29,193 nucleotides of DNA from Thermoproteota archaeon (GTDB lineage Archaea; Korarchaeota; Korarchaeia; B14-G2), in NCBI GenBank assembly GCA_037917675.1, contig JAVCBW010000015.1, forward strand, positions 1 through 29,193, given 5' to 3'. The notes under the pieces were generated by a model. The model searched no databases, was not told where the DNA came from, and saw only the letters and a program-made list of their open reading frames with translations. The translations under genes and the position numbers were made by a program. Positions 8,259-17,583 of the stretch are shown one piece after another (position 1 is the stretch's first letter; every line of letters starts with the position of its first letter).

Positions 8259-10196
8259 TTAAATGTTGAGCCCTATAGCCAGCAGCGTACCGATCAGAGT
8301 TGCTATTAGAATGTTGAGAAGTATCGCTATAGCAGCTTCCTTAACTCCTATCTCCCTTATGAGGACAGCTACAGTAGCTATACAGGGCACATATAGTGTT
8401 GTCACAGCTGTGAAGACCATAGCCTGCTGGAAGCTCATCACAGCTGAGAGGTCAGAGGTTCTGAAGGCTACAACGAGCATCTCGAGAGTCATCTCCTTCC
8501 TCAGGACCCCAAACAGCAGAGGGATCGCAGTCTCCTTAGGGAGCTTAAGTAGACCTGCTATGAAGGGGCTTATTGCAGCTGATAATGGGTCTGTGAGCCC
8601 ATAATAGCTAAGCAGGCTTAGAGCTATGCTCCCAGCAACTAGGAGAGGGAGAGCTGTGTCCATAAAAGACTTGAATCTAAGCCACGTCTTGGATATCACT
8701 GGGAGAGGGCTTGGAACGCGGTAGGGTGGAAGCTCCATGACAAGCCCAGCTCTCTCACCTTTGAGGAGCCTGTTGAGGAGAAGCCCAGAGGTATAGACGA
8801 CAGCTAGGTCTATCAGGTACACTGCTAGAGCAGCTTTGATCCCATAGTAGCTCCCTAGGAAGCCGACTATCACTGCTGTCCTCGCTGAGCATGGGATCAT
8901 AGTGGATAGGAATGAAGCTATCACACGCTCTCTCCTTGTCTCCAGGGTTCTAGTGGCCAGGATAGAGGGAACGTTGCATCCATACCCTAGAACAAGAGGG
9001 ATTATAGCTCTACCATGTAGCCCAAGTTTATGCATCAGGTTATCTGTCAGGTATGCTATCCTAGGAAGGTAGCCTACATCCTCTAGTATAGCGAGCAGCA
9101 CGTAGAAGACTAGGATGTATGGGACAGCGACTGCTAGAGCAGCTTCAACTCCAAGTGAGAAGCCTTCTATAGCAGCTGCTGCTGGAGGAGACAGCGTATT
9201 CCTGCTCCAGGACAGTATGGGGGAGGCTAGAAGCTGCCAAGCTGAGACCATAAGCTCCTCAATGAAGCCTCCAGCATATATTAAGGCCAGTATCATGGAG
9301 GCTAGTACCATGGAGAGAGCTATCGGCCCTGCTATGGGGGAGAGCACTATGGCATCCAGCTTCTCTCCTAGCGGCAGCTCAGCATGAGCTTCTTCTACCA
9401 CAGCCTCCTTTAGAATCCTGTCTATTATCCTATATCTCTCCTCTGCAATCCATACTGTAAGTGAGGCACCTAGCCTGCTGGCTTCAGCCTGAATCTTTTT
9501 GGCTAGCTCAACTATGTCAGGTGTTCTCTCTGAGATAGCTTTCACTATCAGTGGGTCTCCTTCGATCAGCTTTATGGCTACACCCCTAGGAGACGCCTTT
9601 AAGCTGAGTGCTTCTCTCCTCTGCTCTAACGCGGCCTCTATTGGCTTTATCAGCTTCTCTGCGCGGGGGCTGTACTCTATTCGCATCGGGCTACGTCTAT
9701 CCTCCCACACCCTGATAGCAGCCTCGAGGGCTTCTCTGACACCCTTCCCTCTGACTGCTATGGCTGGGACTACTGGAACACCGAGCATTGAGCTTAGCTT
9801 CGCTACATCTATGACCATACCTCTCTTTCTCGCCTCATCCATCATGTTGAGAGCTATAACAAGAGGCTTGCCCATCTCAATGAGCTGCAGAGTGAGGTAT
9901 AGGTTTCTCTTTAGCCTAGATGCATCGACTATGTCCACTATTACCCCATCCTCCTCCAGCATGGCTCTGGTAGCTACCTGCTGGTCCTCTGTCTCAGAAC
10001 CTAGGCTGTATGTTCCAGGTAAGTCTAAGACTTCAATCTCTACTCCATCTACTTTGGTCTTCCCTCTGAGGACTTCAACTGTCGTCCCAGGATAGTTTGA
10101 GGAGATTACGCCGATTCCAGTGAGCCTGTTGAAGAAGACAGATTTCCCAGTGTTGGGGTTTCCAGCTAGCATCACCCTAATCAGGTTGGCTGCCAT
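8259..10196 (-). CDS. feoB: Ferrous iron transporter FeoB
   Basis: G1 GNPNTGKS, NYPGTTVE, DLPGTYSL, NMMD; membrane motifs LEDVGYLPR, GYGCNVP, PCSAR, MELPPYR, LYVPCIAT. Start placed at ATG 10196 (MAANLIRV, GGAGG SD) instead of 10265. Confidence 0.97.
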   Translation of the reverse strand: MAANLIRVMLAGNPNTGKSVFFNRLTGIGVISSNYPGTTVEVLRGKTKVDGVEIEVLDLPGTYSLGSETEDQQVATRAMLEEDGVIVDIVDASRLKRNLYLTLQLIEMGKPLVIALNMMDEARKRGMVIDVAKLSSMLGVPVVPAIAVRGKGVREALEAAIRVWEDRRSPMRIEYSPRAEKLIKPIEAALEQRREALSLKASPRGVAIKLIEGDPLIVKAISERTPDIVELAKKIQAEASRLGASLTVWIAEERYRIIDRILKEAVVEEAHAELPLGEKLDAIVLSPIAGPIALSMVLASMILALIYAGGFIEELMVSAWQLLASPILSWSRNTLSPPAAAAIEGFSLGVEAALAVAVPYILVFYVLLAILEDVGYLPRIAYLTDNLMHKLGLHGRAIIPLVLGYGCNVPSILATRTLETRRERVIASFLSTMIPCSARTAVIVGFLGSYYGIKAALAVYLIDLAVVYTSGLLLNRLLKGERAGLVMELPPYRVPSPLPVISKTWLRFKSFMDTALPLLVAGSIALSLLSYYGLTDPLSAAISPFIAGLLKLPKETAIPLLFGVLRKEMTLEMLVVAFRTSDLSAVMSFQQAMVFTAVTTLYVPCIATVAVLIREIGVKEAAIAILLNILIATLIGTLLAIGLNI

Positions 10197-10881
10197 GCCA
10201 TCTTCGCCTCCTCCTATGCCTCCATCTATGTGATGGCACCACTCTGATCTTTGAGGCAACATCACTTCCTAAGGCTATCTCACTACCCCTTACGGAGACT
10301 ATAACAGGTAATCCCCTGAAGGCTCTAGCCTTCACCTGAAGCTCTTCTCCAGGCATTATCCCTAGGGAGACTAGCCTCAAGAGGAGGAGCTTATTCTCGT
10401 CAGTTATCCTCGTGACAGTGACTCTGGCAGGAGGATCTACATCAGATAAGCTTAGGTCATCTGGTGTAGCTATCTCCCCTGCTTCTGTTGGTATCGGGTT
10501 GCCATGGGGGCATGTATCAGGGTTCCCTAGCTTGTCAGCTATCTTTCTCTCTAGGCTAGGGCTTATAGCATGCTCTAGCTTACAGGCTTCTTCATGTGAA
10601 TCCTCTAGGCTTACTCCAAGCACGTCTGTGAGAAGCCTCTCAACTAGCCTATGCCTCCTGAGAACTCTAGCTGCAGCTTCTCTCCCCTTCTCAGTGAGCC
10701 TAACACCCTTATATGGCTCATACTCAACTAGGCCCTCTGCAGCAAGCTTCTGGAGCATTGCAGTCACAGAGGATGGAGATACCCCCAGCATCTTTGCTAT
10801 TTCTGTTGTTCTTGGTTTTTCCCCCTTTAACTCAAGCCTATACACCACCTCTAAGTACTCTTCGACCTTATTGCTCAGCAT
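10177..10881 (-). CDS. DtxR/MntR/IdeR-family metal-dependent repressor with C-terminal FeoA (SH3-like) domain
   Basis: EEYL, HTH IAKMLGVSPSSVT, RRHRLVE, EACKLEH, CPHGNPIP, FeoA-type RL.SLGI.PG...V.G.EIALG. Start placed at ATG 10881 with GGAGG SD. Confidence 0.94.
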   Translation of the reverse strand: MLSNKVEEYLEVVYRLELKGEKPRTTEIAKMLGVSPSSVTAMLQKLAAEGLVEYEPYKGVRLTEKGREAAARVLRRHRLVERLLTDVLGVSLEDSHEEACKLEHAISPSLERKIADKLGNPDTCPHGNPIPTEAGEIATPDDLSLSDVDPPARVTVTRITDENKLLLLRLVSLGIMPGEELQVKARAFRGLPVIVSVRGSEIALGSDVASKIRVVPSHRWRHRRRRRWHGSQPD

Positions 10882-10895
10882 AGAGACTAGCCTCC

Positions 10896-10920
10896 AAGAT
10901 TTCAAGTAGCCGAAAATCTT
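10896..10920. promoter_or_regulatory. Putative DtxR-family operator (25-bp imperfect palindrome)
   Basis: AAGATTT-CAAGTAGCCGA-AAATCTT has 7-bp perfect arms; it lies between the TATA box and the SD of the repressor gene. Confidence 0.65.
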
Positions 10921-10933
10921 CTGGCCACTGAAG

Positions 10934-10940
10934 TATATAA
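10934..10940. promoter_or_regulatory. TATA box probably shared by the dtxR-feoB and mce operons
   Basis: TATATAA on plus (24 nt before the mce ATG) reads TTATATA on minus, just upstream of the operator. Confidence 0.55.
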
Positions 10941-10963
10941 GCCTTGCTGCCATATGACATCAC

Positions 10964-11356
10964 ATGAGGCTAGACCACATAGGTATCGCAGTCAGAGATT
11001 CCTCTAAGGCAGCTGAGAAGCTTTCCAAGGCGCTTGGAGTAGAGCCTCACATAGAGGAGGTAGTAGAGAGCGAGGGGGTTAAAGTTGTTGGGCTCAAGGT
11101 AGGTGGAGTGGACATAGAGCTGCTTGAGCCTCTTTCAGAAGACACTCCTGTCGGGAAGTTTTTGTCGAAGCGTGGAGAGGGCATACACCACATTGCATTA
11201 GCAGTGGACAGCATAGAGGAGGCTATGAGAAGGCTATCTGAGGCAGGGCTGGTGATTCTAGGTGATAAGCCTAGAATCGGAGCCAGAGGGAGGAAGGTGG
11301 CGTTCATCCACCCCAAGTCAGCTTTCGGGGTCTTAATAGAGATTGTTGAGGAGTAA
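10964..11356 (+). CDS. mce: Methylmalonyl-CoA epimerase (VOC family)
   Basis: DHIGIAV, IELLEP, KFL.KRGEGIHHIA, AFIHPK..GVLIE. Confidence 0.92.
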   Translation: MRLDHIGIAVRDSSKAAEKLSKALGVEPHIEEVVESEGVKVVGLKVGGVDIELLEPLSEDTPVGKFLSKRGEGIHHIALAVDSIEEAMRRLSEAGLVILGDKPRIGARGRKVAFIHPKSAFGVLIEIVEE

Positions 11357-11358
11357 AC

Positions 11359-12033
11359 TTGGATCCGAGAAAGATTGCGTCGCTAATAGACTACGCTGTC
11401 CTCTCAATCGGTGTGGGACCAGAGAATGTAGAGAAGGCTTGCAGTGAGGCCCTGAAGTGGAGGTTCTGTGGAGTATGTGTGCCTCCATATCTAGTGCCAG
11501 CTGCTGCATCCATGCTTAAGGGAAGTGGAGTTAAGACTATAGCAGTCATAGGATTTCCGATGGGGTATACTTCAACTGAGGTCAAGCTTGCTGAGATAGA
11601 GTGGTGTATAAGCAGAGGCGTAGACGAGCTCGATGTCGTAGCAAACCATGGGCTACTCAAGTCAGGGAGAGCTAGAGAATATGAGCTCGAGCTGAGGAAA
11701 GTCGTAGATGCAGCCAGTGGGAGAGTGACTAAGGTCATAGTTGAGACAGGGCTGCTATCTGATGAGGAGATCAGGAAGGCTGCTAGAGCAGTAGCTAAGG
11801 CTGGAGCTGACTTTGTGAAGACATGTAGCGGCTTCGGGCCTCGTGGAGTTACCAGAAGAGACATAGAGTTGATACGCTCTGAGATAGGAGACGAAATAGG
11901 GGTCAAGGCGTCAGGTGGCGTTAGGAGCTTAAAGCAGGCACTGGAGCTCATAGAAGCTGGAGCAGATAGGGTAGGGACAAGCTCAGCCATTAAGATAGTT
12001 TCGGAGGCTATAAAGCTTGAAAAGAGCGCTTAA
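11359..12033 (+). CDS. deoC: Deoxyribose-phosphate aldolase
   Basis: GFPMG, DELD.V, KVIVETG.L, DFVKT(C)SG Schiff-base Lys, GVKASGG, GADRVGTSS. Confidence 0.95.
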   Translation: MDPRKIASLIDYAVLSIGVGPENVEKACSEALKWRFCGVCVPPYLVPAAASMLKGSGVKTIAVIGFPMGYTSTEVKLAEIEWCISRGVDELDVVANHGLLKSGRAREYELELRKVVDAASGRVTKVIVETGLLSDEEIRKAARAVAKAGADFVKTCSGFGPRGVTRRDIELIRSEIGDEIGVKASGGVRSLKQALELIEAGADRVGTSSAIKIVSEAIKLEKSA

Positions 12034-12505
12034 GCTCATGGAAGAGTATAACTTCATAGGAGAAGTGATACAGCACCAACATGCTAGCGGAAAGACGTCA
12101 GAAGAGGCCTCTCATGCCCTTGAAGTGCCGATAAGCCACGTTCTGAAGTGCCTCATATTCAAGACCGACAGAGAGGAGCTTATTGGAGCCATAGTGACGG
12201 GGAACAGGAAGGTCGATCTCAGGAAGCTTAGGAAGCTGTTTAAAACTGGGAAGCTCAGGATGGCTACACCGAAGGAAGTAGAGGAGAAAACCGGGTTTAA
12301 GGCAGGTGGCATACCGCCATTCGCGCTCAAAGAGCTATGTCCTGTTGCAGTGGATATTGAAGTCATGGAAAAGAGGTATGTTTATGGAGCAGCTGGAAGT
12401 GAGTATGCTGGAGTGAAGTTCAGGCCACATGAGCTGCTTAAGCTTGGGTATATAGTCGCTGACATAGCTAGGAGACCAGAAGCTTTAAAACTGGGAGGCC
12501 AGTAG
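12017..12505 (+). CDS. YbaK/ProX-family aminoacyl-tRNA deacylase
   Basis: T.EEA..L.V....KCLIF, VD..KL, LRMAT..EV...TG...GGIPP, GAAG. Confidence 0.9.
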   Translation: MKRALKLMEEYNFIGEVIQHQHASGKTSEEASHALEVPISHVLKCLIFKTDREELIGAIVTGNRKVDLRKLRKLFKTGKLRMATPKEVEEKTGFKAGGIPPFALKELCPVAVDIEVMEKRYVYGAAGSEYAGVKFRPHELLKLGYIVADIARRPEALKLGGQ

Positions 12506-12520
12506 GCTCTCGAGCAAAAA

Positions 12521-12982
12521 ATGCTGCCGAAAAAGTTCTTTGTCACATCAGGTGCAGCCTTAAGCAAGGTGTCTGCATTGAATAGCTTTGATGGAGCATT
12601 AAAGAACGCTGGTATACACCAGTATAACATAGTCCTAGTAAGCTCTATAATACCAGAGGGAGCTGAGGAGATAGAGCCTGTTAGGATGCCGATTGGCACA
12701 ATAGTCTTCTGTGTCATGGCTAGGGAAGATGGAGCTGGAGGAGAGACCATAAGTGCTGGGCTAGCTTATGCCTGGGATAAAACCGGCAGATATGGGATCA
12801 TAGCTGAAGAACACATGAAGGCTGGAGATGGGAAGCTAAGAGAGAGGCTCATAGACAAGATAAGAGAGATGGCTGAGATAAGAGACATGGACATCACAGA
12901 GCCTAAGCTCGTGGTAAGAAGCCTTGATATCCCAGAGGGATACTATGGCACTGTAATTGTGACAGTGGTGTTTGTGCCCTAG
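12521..12982 (+). CDS. pdaD: Pyruvoyl-dependent arginine decarboxylase
   Basis: PKKFF.TSG, LNSFD.AL.NAGI..YNIV.VSSIIP with the Ser-Ser autocleavage site. Confidence 0.93.
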   Translation: MLPKKFFVTSGAALSKVSALNSFDGALKNAGIHQYNIVLVSSIIPEGAEEIEPVRMPIGTIVFCVMAREDGAGGETISAGLAYAWDKTGRYGIIAEEHMKAGDGKLRERLIDKIREMAEIRDMDITEPKLVVRSLDIPEGYYGTVIVTVVFVP

Positions 12983-13070
12983 CTACCCAGCTAGACCACT
13001 TACAGCTCCAGCAAGCTATATGGGTCTGCAATACATAGCCACATCAGCTGTATACTATGAAATCCTAAGG

Positions 13071-15041
13071 TTAAGCTACCATTCCTACGAGCGCAGCCTT
13101 CACCTGAGCTAGTAGCTGCATGTCTGTAAAGTGGCTGAACCTTATTGCTCCACTTGGGCAGGCTGCAGCGCATACTCCACAGCCCTTACACGAGGACTTG
13201 TCTACAACATAGGCTTCACCAGACTTCACTATAGCTTTGAAGGGGCATATTGATATGCATATGCCGCACATGCCACATGTGCTCTCGTCTATCTCAGCCT
13301 GGTATGGCTCCACCTCCAGAGCACCCTTTGACATCAGAGCTATAGCACTTGCTGCAGCCCCCTTAGCTTGAGCTACGGAGTCAGGTATGTCCTTAGGGCC
13401 TTGCGCTGCTCCACAGAGAAATATGCCGTCTATCATCGTGTCAACTGGCCTCAGCTTAGCGTGAGCTTCCATGAGGAAGCCATCTGGACTCCTGCTCAAG
13501 CCTAGGAGGTCAGCTACCTTCTTAGTTCCCTCTGAGGGCTCGATGCCTACTGAGAGGACGACCATGTCTGCCTCTACCTCTACTGGTGTGCCCAGCAGCG
13601 TGTCTTCAGCTCTCACCACCAGGTTGTGAGTCTTAGGGTCCTCCACTATCTTCGACACTCTTCCCCTAATGAAGCTCACACCATACTCGCGTTGAGTTGC
13701 CTCATAGAACTCCTCGTACCCCTTACCAAAAGCTCTTAGGTCAATATAGAATATGGCTACCTGAGCGTTTGGGTACTTCTCTTTTATCTGCCTAGCCTGC
13801 TTGACAGCATACATGCAGCAGACTCTAGAGCAGTAGGGGTTCCTGTTCTTGTTCCTAGACCCTACACACTGCACGTAAACTATCCTCTCTGGTGTCCTCC
13901 CATCTGAGGGCCTAACAAGCTTACCTCCAGTTGGCCCAGCTGCATTTAGAAGCCTCTCCACCTCGAGGGAGGTCAGCACGTTTGGGTACTGGCCGTAACC
14001 GTACTCTGGATCCATCGTAGGATTGTAGACGTCATAGCCTGTCGCTACTATTATCGTGCCTACCTCGATCTCCACTATCTTAGGCTGCATGTCATAGTTT
14101 ATGGCGTCAGCTTCACAGACCTCCTTACACTTCAGGCATGCTTCTGGAGTTATGCCAAGACAGTTCTCTAGATCTAGGACATAGGCATTTGGGACTGCCT
14201 GAGGGAATGGTATGTATATTGCTTTCCTCCATGACAAGCCTAGGTCAAACTCGTTTGGGACTTCAACTGGGCAAGCTTGTGCGCACTCACCGCAGGCAGT
14301 ACACTTGTCTTCCACTACAAACCTAGGCTTTCTGAGAACCTTCACCTTGAAGCTGCCTATAGTGCCCTCTATGCTTACGACCTCAGAATAGGTCATAAGC
14401 TTGATGTTAGGATGCCTTGAGACTTCAACCATCTTTGGTGTGAGAATACAGGCTGAGCAATCCATGGTGGGGAATGTCTTATCTAGCTGAGCCATGTGTC
14501 CTCCTATGCTGGGCTTCTCTTCTACTAGATAGACTGGGTAGCCTGCTTCAGCTATGTCTAGAGCAGCTGATATCCCGGCTATACCTCCACCAATCACGAG
14601 AGCGGCCTTCTTGACTGGGACTATGGTCTTCTCTAGAGGCTCAAGGAGAGCTGCTCTCGCTACAGACATCCTCACCAGGTCCTTGGCTTTCTCAGTAGCC
14701 TCAGCTGGGCTGCTCATGTGTACCCAGGAGCCTTGTTCCCGGATATTGGCTATCTCGATGAGATAGGGATTTAGGCCAGCTTCCTCAGCTGCCTTCCTGA
14801 AAGTAGCCTCATGAAGCCTCGGGCTGCAGGCTGCTATAACCACCCTATTCAGCGAATATGTCTTTATGTCGTCTTTAACCAGCCTTTGACCTGGATCTGA
14901 ACACATATACCTGTAGTCTCGGGCTACTATAACATAGGGGAGCGACCTAGCGTACTCCACTAGCTTGCTCACATCTATGAAACCAGCTATGTTAGTTCCA
15001 CAGTGGCATACATAGACTCCTATTCTGGGCTCAGCACTCAA
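13071..15041 (-). CDS. hdrA: Heterodisulfide reductase subunit A (flavin-based electron-bifurcating Fe-S flavoprotein)
   Basis: CHCG..CS..CSP N-terminus, GGGIAG FAD site, KTFPTMDCSACILTP, inserted 2x[4Fe-4S] domain, QCVGSR..YCSRVCC, GPKDIP, C-terminal 2x[4Fe-4S]. Confidence 0.97.
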   Translation of the reverse strand: MSAEPRIGVYVCHCGTNIAGFIDVSKLVEYARSLPYVIVARDYRYMCSDPGQRLVKDDIKTYSLNRVVIAACSPRLHEATFRKAAEEAGLNPYLIEIANIREQGSWVHMSSPAEATEKAKDLVRMSVARAALLEPLEKTIVPVKKAALVIGGGIAGISAALDIAEAGYPVYLVEEKPSIGGHMAQLDKTFPTMDCSACILTPKMVEVSRHPNIKLMTYSEVVSIEGTIGSFKVKVLRKPRFVVEDKCTACGECAQACPVEVPNEFDLGLSWRKAIYIPFPQAVPNAYVLDLENCLGITPEACLKCKEVCEADAINYDMQPKIVEIEVGTIIVATGYDVYNPTMDPEYGYGQYPNVLTSLEVERLLNAAGPTGGKLVRPSDGRTPERIVYVQCVGSRNKNRNPYCSRVCCMYAVKQARQIKEKYPNAQVAIFYIDLRAFGKGYEEFYEATQREYGVSFIRGRVSKIVEDPKTHNLVVRAEDTLLGTPVEVEADMVVLSVGIEPSEGTKKVADLLGLSRSPDGFLMEAHAKLRPVDTMIDGIFLCGAAQGPKDIPDSVAQAKGAAASAIALMSKGALEVEPYQAEIDESTCGMCGICISICPFKAIVKSGEAYVVDKSSCKGCGVCAAACPSGAIRFSHFTDMQLLAQVKAALVGMVA

Positions 15042-15598
15042 TCACCTTCACCTCTCATAAGTCTGGTAGCGAATTCATACCCTGCTCTGAAGGCTTTGAT
15101 GTTCAGCTCCTCAGTGCCTCTTGGAACCCTGGCTTTGATAGCTTCCTCCATTGCCTTAGGAGTCACGACTCTAGCTATAGCACATAGTGCACCTAGCATC
15201 ACCATGTTAGCTACAATTCTCCTGCCTAGTGCTTCAGCTATGCGTGTAGCAGGAACCCTGTAGATGCTTACAGCTGGGGGAGGAGGAGGGTTAAGGTCTA
15301 CTAAGTCCTCATCTACTATGAGGACTCCACTGCTCTTAATCCTGCTATGATACTTGATGTAAGCTTCCTGAGACATCACCACGAGCACATCAGGCTCCTC
15401 TACTACAGGATAATCTATCTCATCTGTCGATATTATCAGCTCCGTCTTAGCAGCTCCACCTCTCGCCTCAGGCCCATAAGACTCCATTTGAACCGCGTTC
15501 TTCCCGTCATATATTGCTGCAGCATAGCCTAGTATGTAGCCTGCTAGCATTATGCCCTGGCCACCGAAGCCTGCGATCACAACCTCAGCTCTCGACAA
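15038..15598 (-). CDS. korC: 2-oxoacid:ferredoxin oxidoreductase gamma subunit
   Basis: AGFGGQG, SYGPEARGG, NMVMLGA, N.KAF.AG. Confidence 0.93.
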   Translation of the reverse strand: MSRAEVVIAGFGGQGIMLAGYILGYAAAIYDGKNAVQMESYGPEARGGAAKTELIISTDEIDYPVVEEPDVLVVMSQEAYIKYHSRIKSSGVLIVDEDLVDLNPPPPPAVSIYRVPATRIAEALGRRIVANMVMLGALCAIARVVTPKAMEEAIKARVPRGTEELNIKAFRAGYEFATRLMRGEGD

Positions 15599-16445
15599 TG
15601 GATTTCACCTCTCTGCCTGACTTCTCTCTTATCATGTTGTAGACAAGCTCTGTGTACTCTGGCTTCTCTGTGTCAACGAACTCACCGCAAACTATTCTGT
15701 CTCTGAAGTCTACTGTCGCCTCAGCTGGATCTATGAAGCTCATCACAACAGATTTCTCAGCTAGGAGCTTCATCATGTCTAGGCCTGTACCCATCCTGTT
15801 GTATCTGCCGAAGAGGGTTGGGCAGGGAGAAATCGCCTCTATGAAGGAGAAGCCGCTCTTCTGTAGAGCTTTCTTGATAGACTCAGCCATCCTCCTGACA
15901 TGGACTACAGTCCATCTTGCCACGTAAACTGCTCCAGCTGCAGCTGCCAGGTGGACTAGGTTAAATGGGTGCTCTATGTTGCCATATGGGCTCGTTGACG
16001 TCCTGGCGCCAAGTGGTGTGGTTGGGCCAAGCTGCCCTCCAGTCATCCCGTAGTTCTGGTTATTCACGCAAAGAACTAGCATGTCTATGTTGCGTCTAGC
16101 CGCATGAATAAAGTGGTTTCCTCCTATGGCGAACAGGTCTCCATCTCCGCTGAAAACAACAACTTTTAGACGAGGGTTTGCGAGCTTCACCCCTATGGCA
16201 AAGGGGATTGGCCTACCATGGGTCGTGTGGAAGCTGTCCACATTCACGTAGCCAGCTGCTCTCCCAGCGCATCCTATGCCTGAGACCAATATGAGCCTAC
16301 TTGTATCGAAGTTGAGCTCCCTGATGGCTCTAAGGAAGGCATTCAGCACTATGCCTATCCCACATCCAGAGCACCATATGTGAGGGATCCTCTCTACTCG
16401 CAGAAGCGAGTCTAATGGATGTTCAATCTGCATCTGCTCAAGCAT
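15585..16445 (-). CDS. korB: 2-oxoacid:ferredoxin oxidoreductase beta (TPP-binding) subunit
   Basis: WCSGCG, SGIGC, HGR, GDGD..AIGGNH, NN.NYGMTGGQ, SPCPT. Confidence 0.95.
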   Translation of the reverse strand: MLEQMQIEHPLDSLLRVERIPHIWCSGCGIGIVLNAFLRAIRELNFDTSRLILVSGIGCAGRAAGYVNVDSFHTTHGRPIPFAIGVKLANPRLKVVVFSGDGDLFAIGGNHFIHAARRNIDMLVLCVNNQNYGMTGGQLGPTTPLGARTSTSPYGNIEHPFNLVHLAAAAGAVYVARWTVVHVRRMAESIKKALQKSGFSFIEAISPCPTLFGRYNRMGTGLDMMKLLAEKSVVMSFIDPAEATVDFRDRIVCGEFVDTEKPEYTELVYNMIREKSGREVKSIVES

Positions 16446-17583
16446 AAGCTACCCTCCTGACTTTAGCTAGAATATCACGTGGGTCTGGGAGATCACCGCC
16501 AAGCTTAGATACGAACTCGACTCTATCTGGGGAAGCTAGCCTCTGGACTTCCCTGAGGATTTGCCCAGTGTTCATCTCGACTACAACAAAGCCTTTGGCA
16601 ACTTCACTTAGCTCCATTAGAGGCTTCTCTGGGAAGGGCCATACAGTTTCTATTTTCAGGAGTGCTGCATTCAGCCCTTCTCTCCTAGCTTCTTTAAGCG
16701 CTCTCACTGCGCTCCTATAGGCTGAACCATAGGCTACTACAGCCACCTTAGGGCTCTCATCGCCAACTAGCTTATACCTCCATATCTTCTCTGCGTTGCT
16801 TCTGATCTTGTTGCAGATCCTCCATATCAGCTTGCTATGGACTTCACTGCTCATGTCAGGATAGCCTTTCTCATCGTGTGTCAGCCCTGTGATGTGGACT
16901 CGGTAGCCTCCACCTAAAGATGCCATCGGCGGGATAAGCTCTCCACCATAGGGGAAATATTCTTCAGGTGGAACACTAGGCTTTCTCCTGTTCACCACCT
17001 TGATCTCATCTTCAGGTGGAATCACGATTTTCTCTCTCATATGAGCTACAAGCTCATCAGCCAACACTATAACTGGGGTCCTGTATTCCTCTGAGAGGTT
17101 GAAGGCTTCTATCGTGTAGTCGAAGAACTCCTGGGGAGATGAGGGAGCTAGAGCTATTATCTCATAGTCTCCATGAGCCCCCCACCTAGCCTGCATGACA
17201 TCTCCCTGGCTTGCCTTGGTTGGCTGCCCTGTGCTCGGGCCTCCTCTCATCACGTTAACGAGGACGCAAGGAGTTTCTGTCATTATAGCGAGACCTAGCT
17301 GCTCCATCATCAAGCTGAAGCCAGGGCCGCTTGTGGCTGTCATAGCCTTAGCTCCAGCTTGAGAAGCACCTATGACCGCCACAAGCGAAGCAAGCTCATC
17401 TTCCATCTGGATGTATACGCCCCCGACCTCAGGTAGGCGTCTCGACATCCTTTCAGCTATCTCAGTTGATGGGGTTATAGGGTAGCCTGCGAAGAACCTG
17501 CAGCCTGCTGCTATTGCGCCCTCTGCGCAAGCCCAGTTGCCCTGCTCGAAGCGTACTCCAGAGAGAACTGTTTCAGTAGGCAG
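16438..17583 (-). CDS. korA: 2-oxoacid:ferredoxin oxidoreductase alpha subunit (381 codons, apparent CTG start)
   Basis: The frame stays open 45 codons upstream of the track's ATG (17448) and encodes QGNWACAEGAIAAGCRFFAGYPITPSTEIAE, the essential YPITP motif. Also MEDE, ATSGPG, RGGPSTG. The 5' end is CTG at 17583 with SD GAGGTG. Confidence 0.93.
   Translation of the reverse strand: MPTETVLSGVRFEQGNWACAEGAIAAGCRFFAGYPITPSTEIAERMSRRLPEVGGVYIQMEDELASLVAVIGASQAGAKAMTATSGPGFSLMMEQLGLAIMTETPCVLVNVMRGGPSTGQPTKASQGDVMQARWGAHGDYEIIALAPSSPQEFFDYTIEAFNLSEEYRTPVIVLADELVAHMREKIVIPPEDEIKVVNRRKPSVPPEEYFPYGGELIPPMASLGGGYRVHITGLTHDEKGYPDMSSEVHSKLIWRICNKIRSNAEKIWRYKLVGDESPKVAVVAYGSAYRSAVRALKEARREGLNAALLKIETVWPFPEKPLMELSEVAKGFVVVEMNTGQILREVQRLASPDRVEFVSKLGGDLPDPRDILAKVRRVAYA

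Noticed and set aside
10882-10953. N-terminal extensions proposed by the ORF track (dtxR 10953, feoB 10265, GH130 3849, isf-like 24142)
   Set aside because: They run through promoters or deep into the upstream gene; downstream starts coincide with domain boundaries and mostly have SD motifs
9115-11990. Long antisense ORFs (e.g. 9499-10095, 10412-10909, 11391-11990) and similar shadow ORFs elsewhere in the track
   Set aside because: They lie wholly opposite well-supported genes, are Ser/Pro/Leu-rich mirror translations, and show no motifs
12983-13070. Second sRNA in the pdaD/hdrA convergent spacer
   Set aside because: No paired C and D boxes or convincing stem on either strand
13071-15041. 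Selenocysteine in HdrA, or HdrA as evidence of methanogenesis
   Set aside because: No in-frame TGA (DCSAC has Cys), and HdrA occurs widely outside methanogens; no mcr/mtr genes in the window
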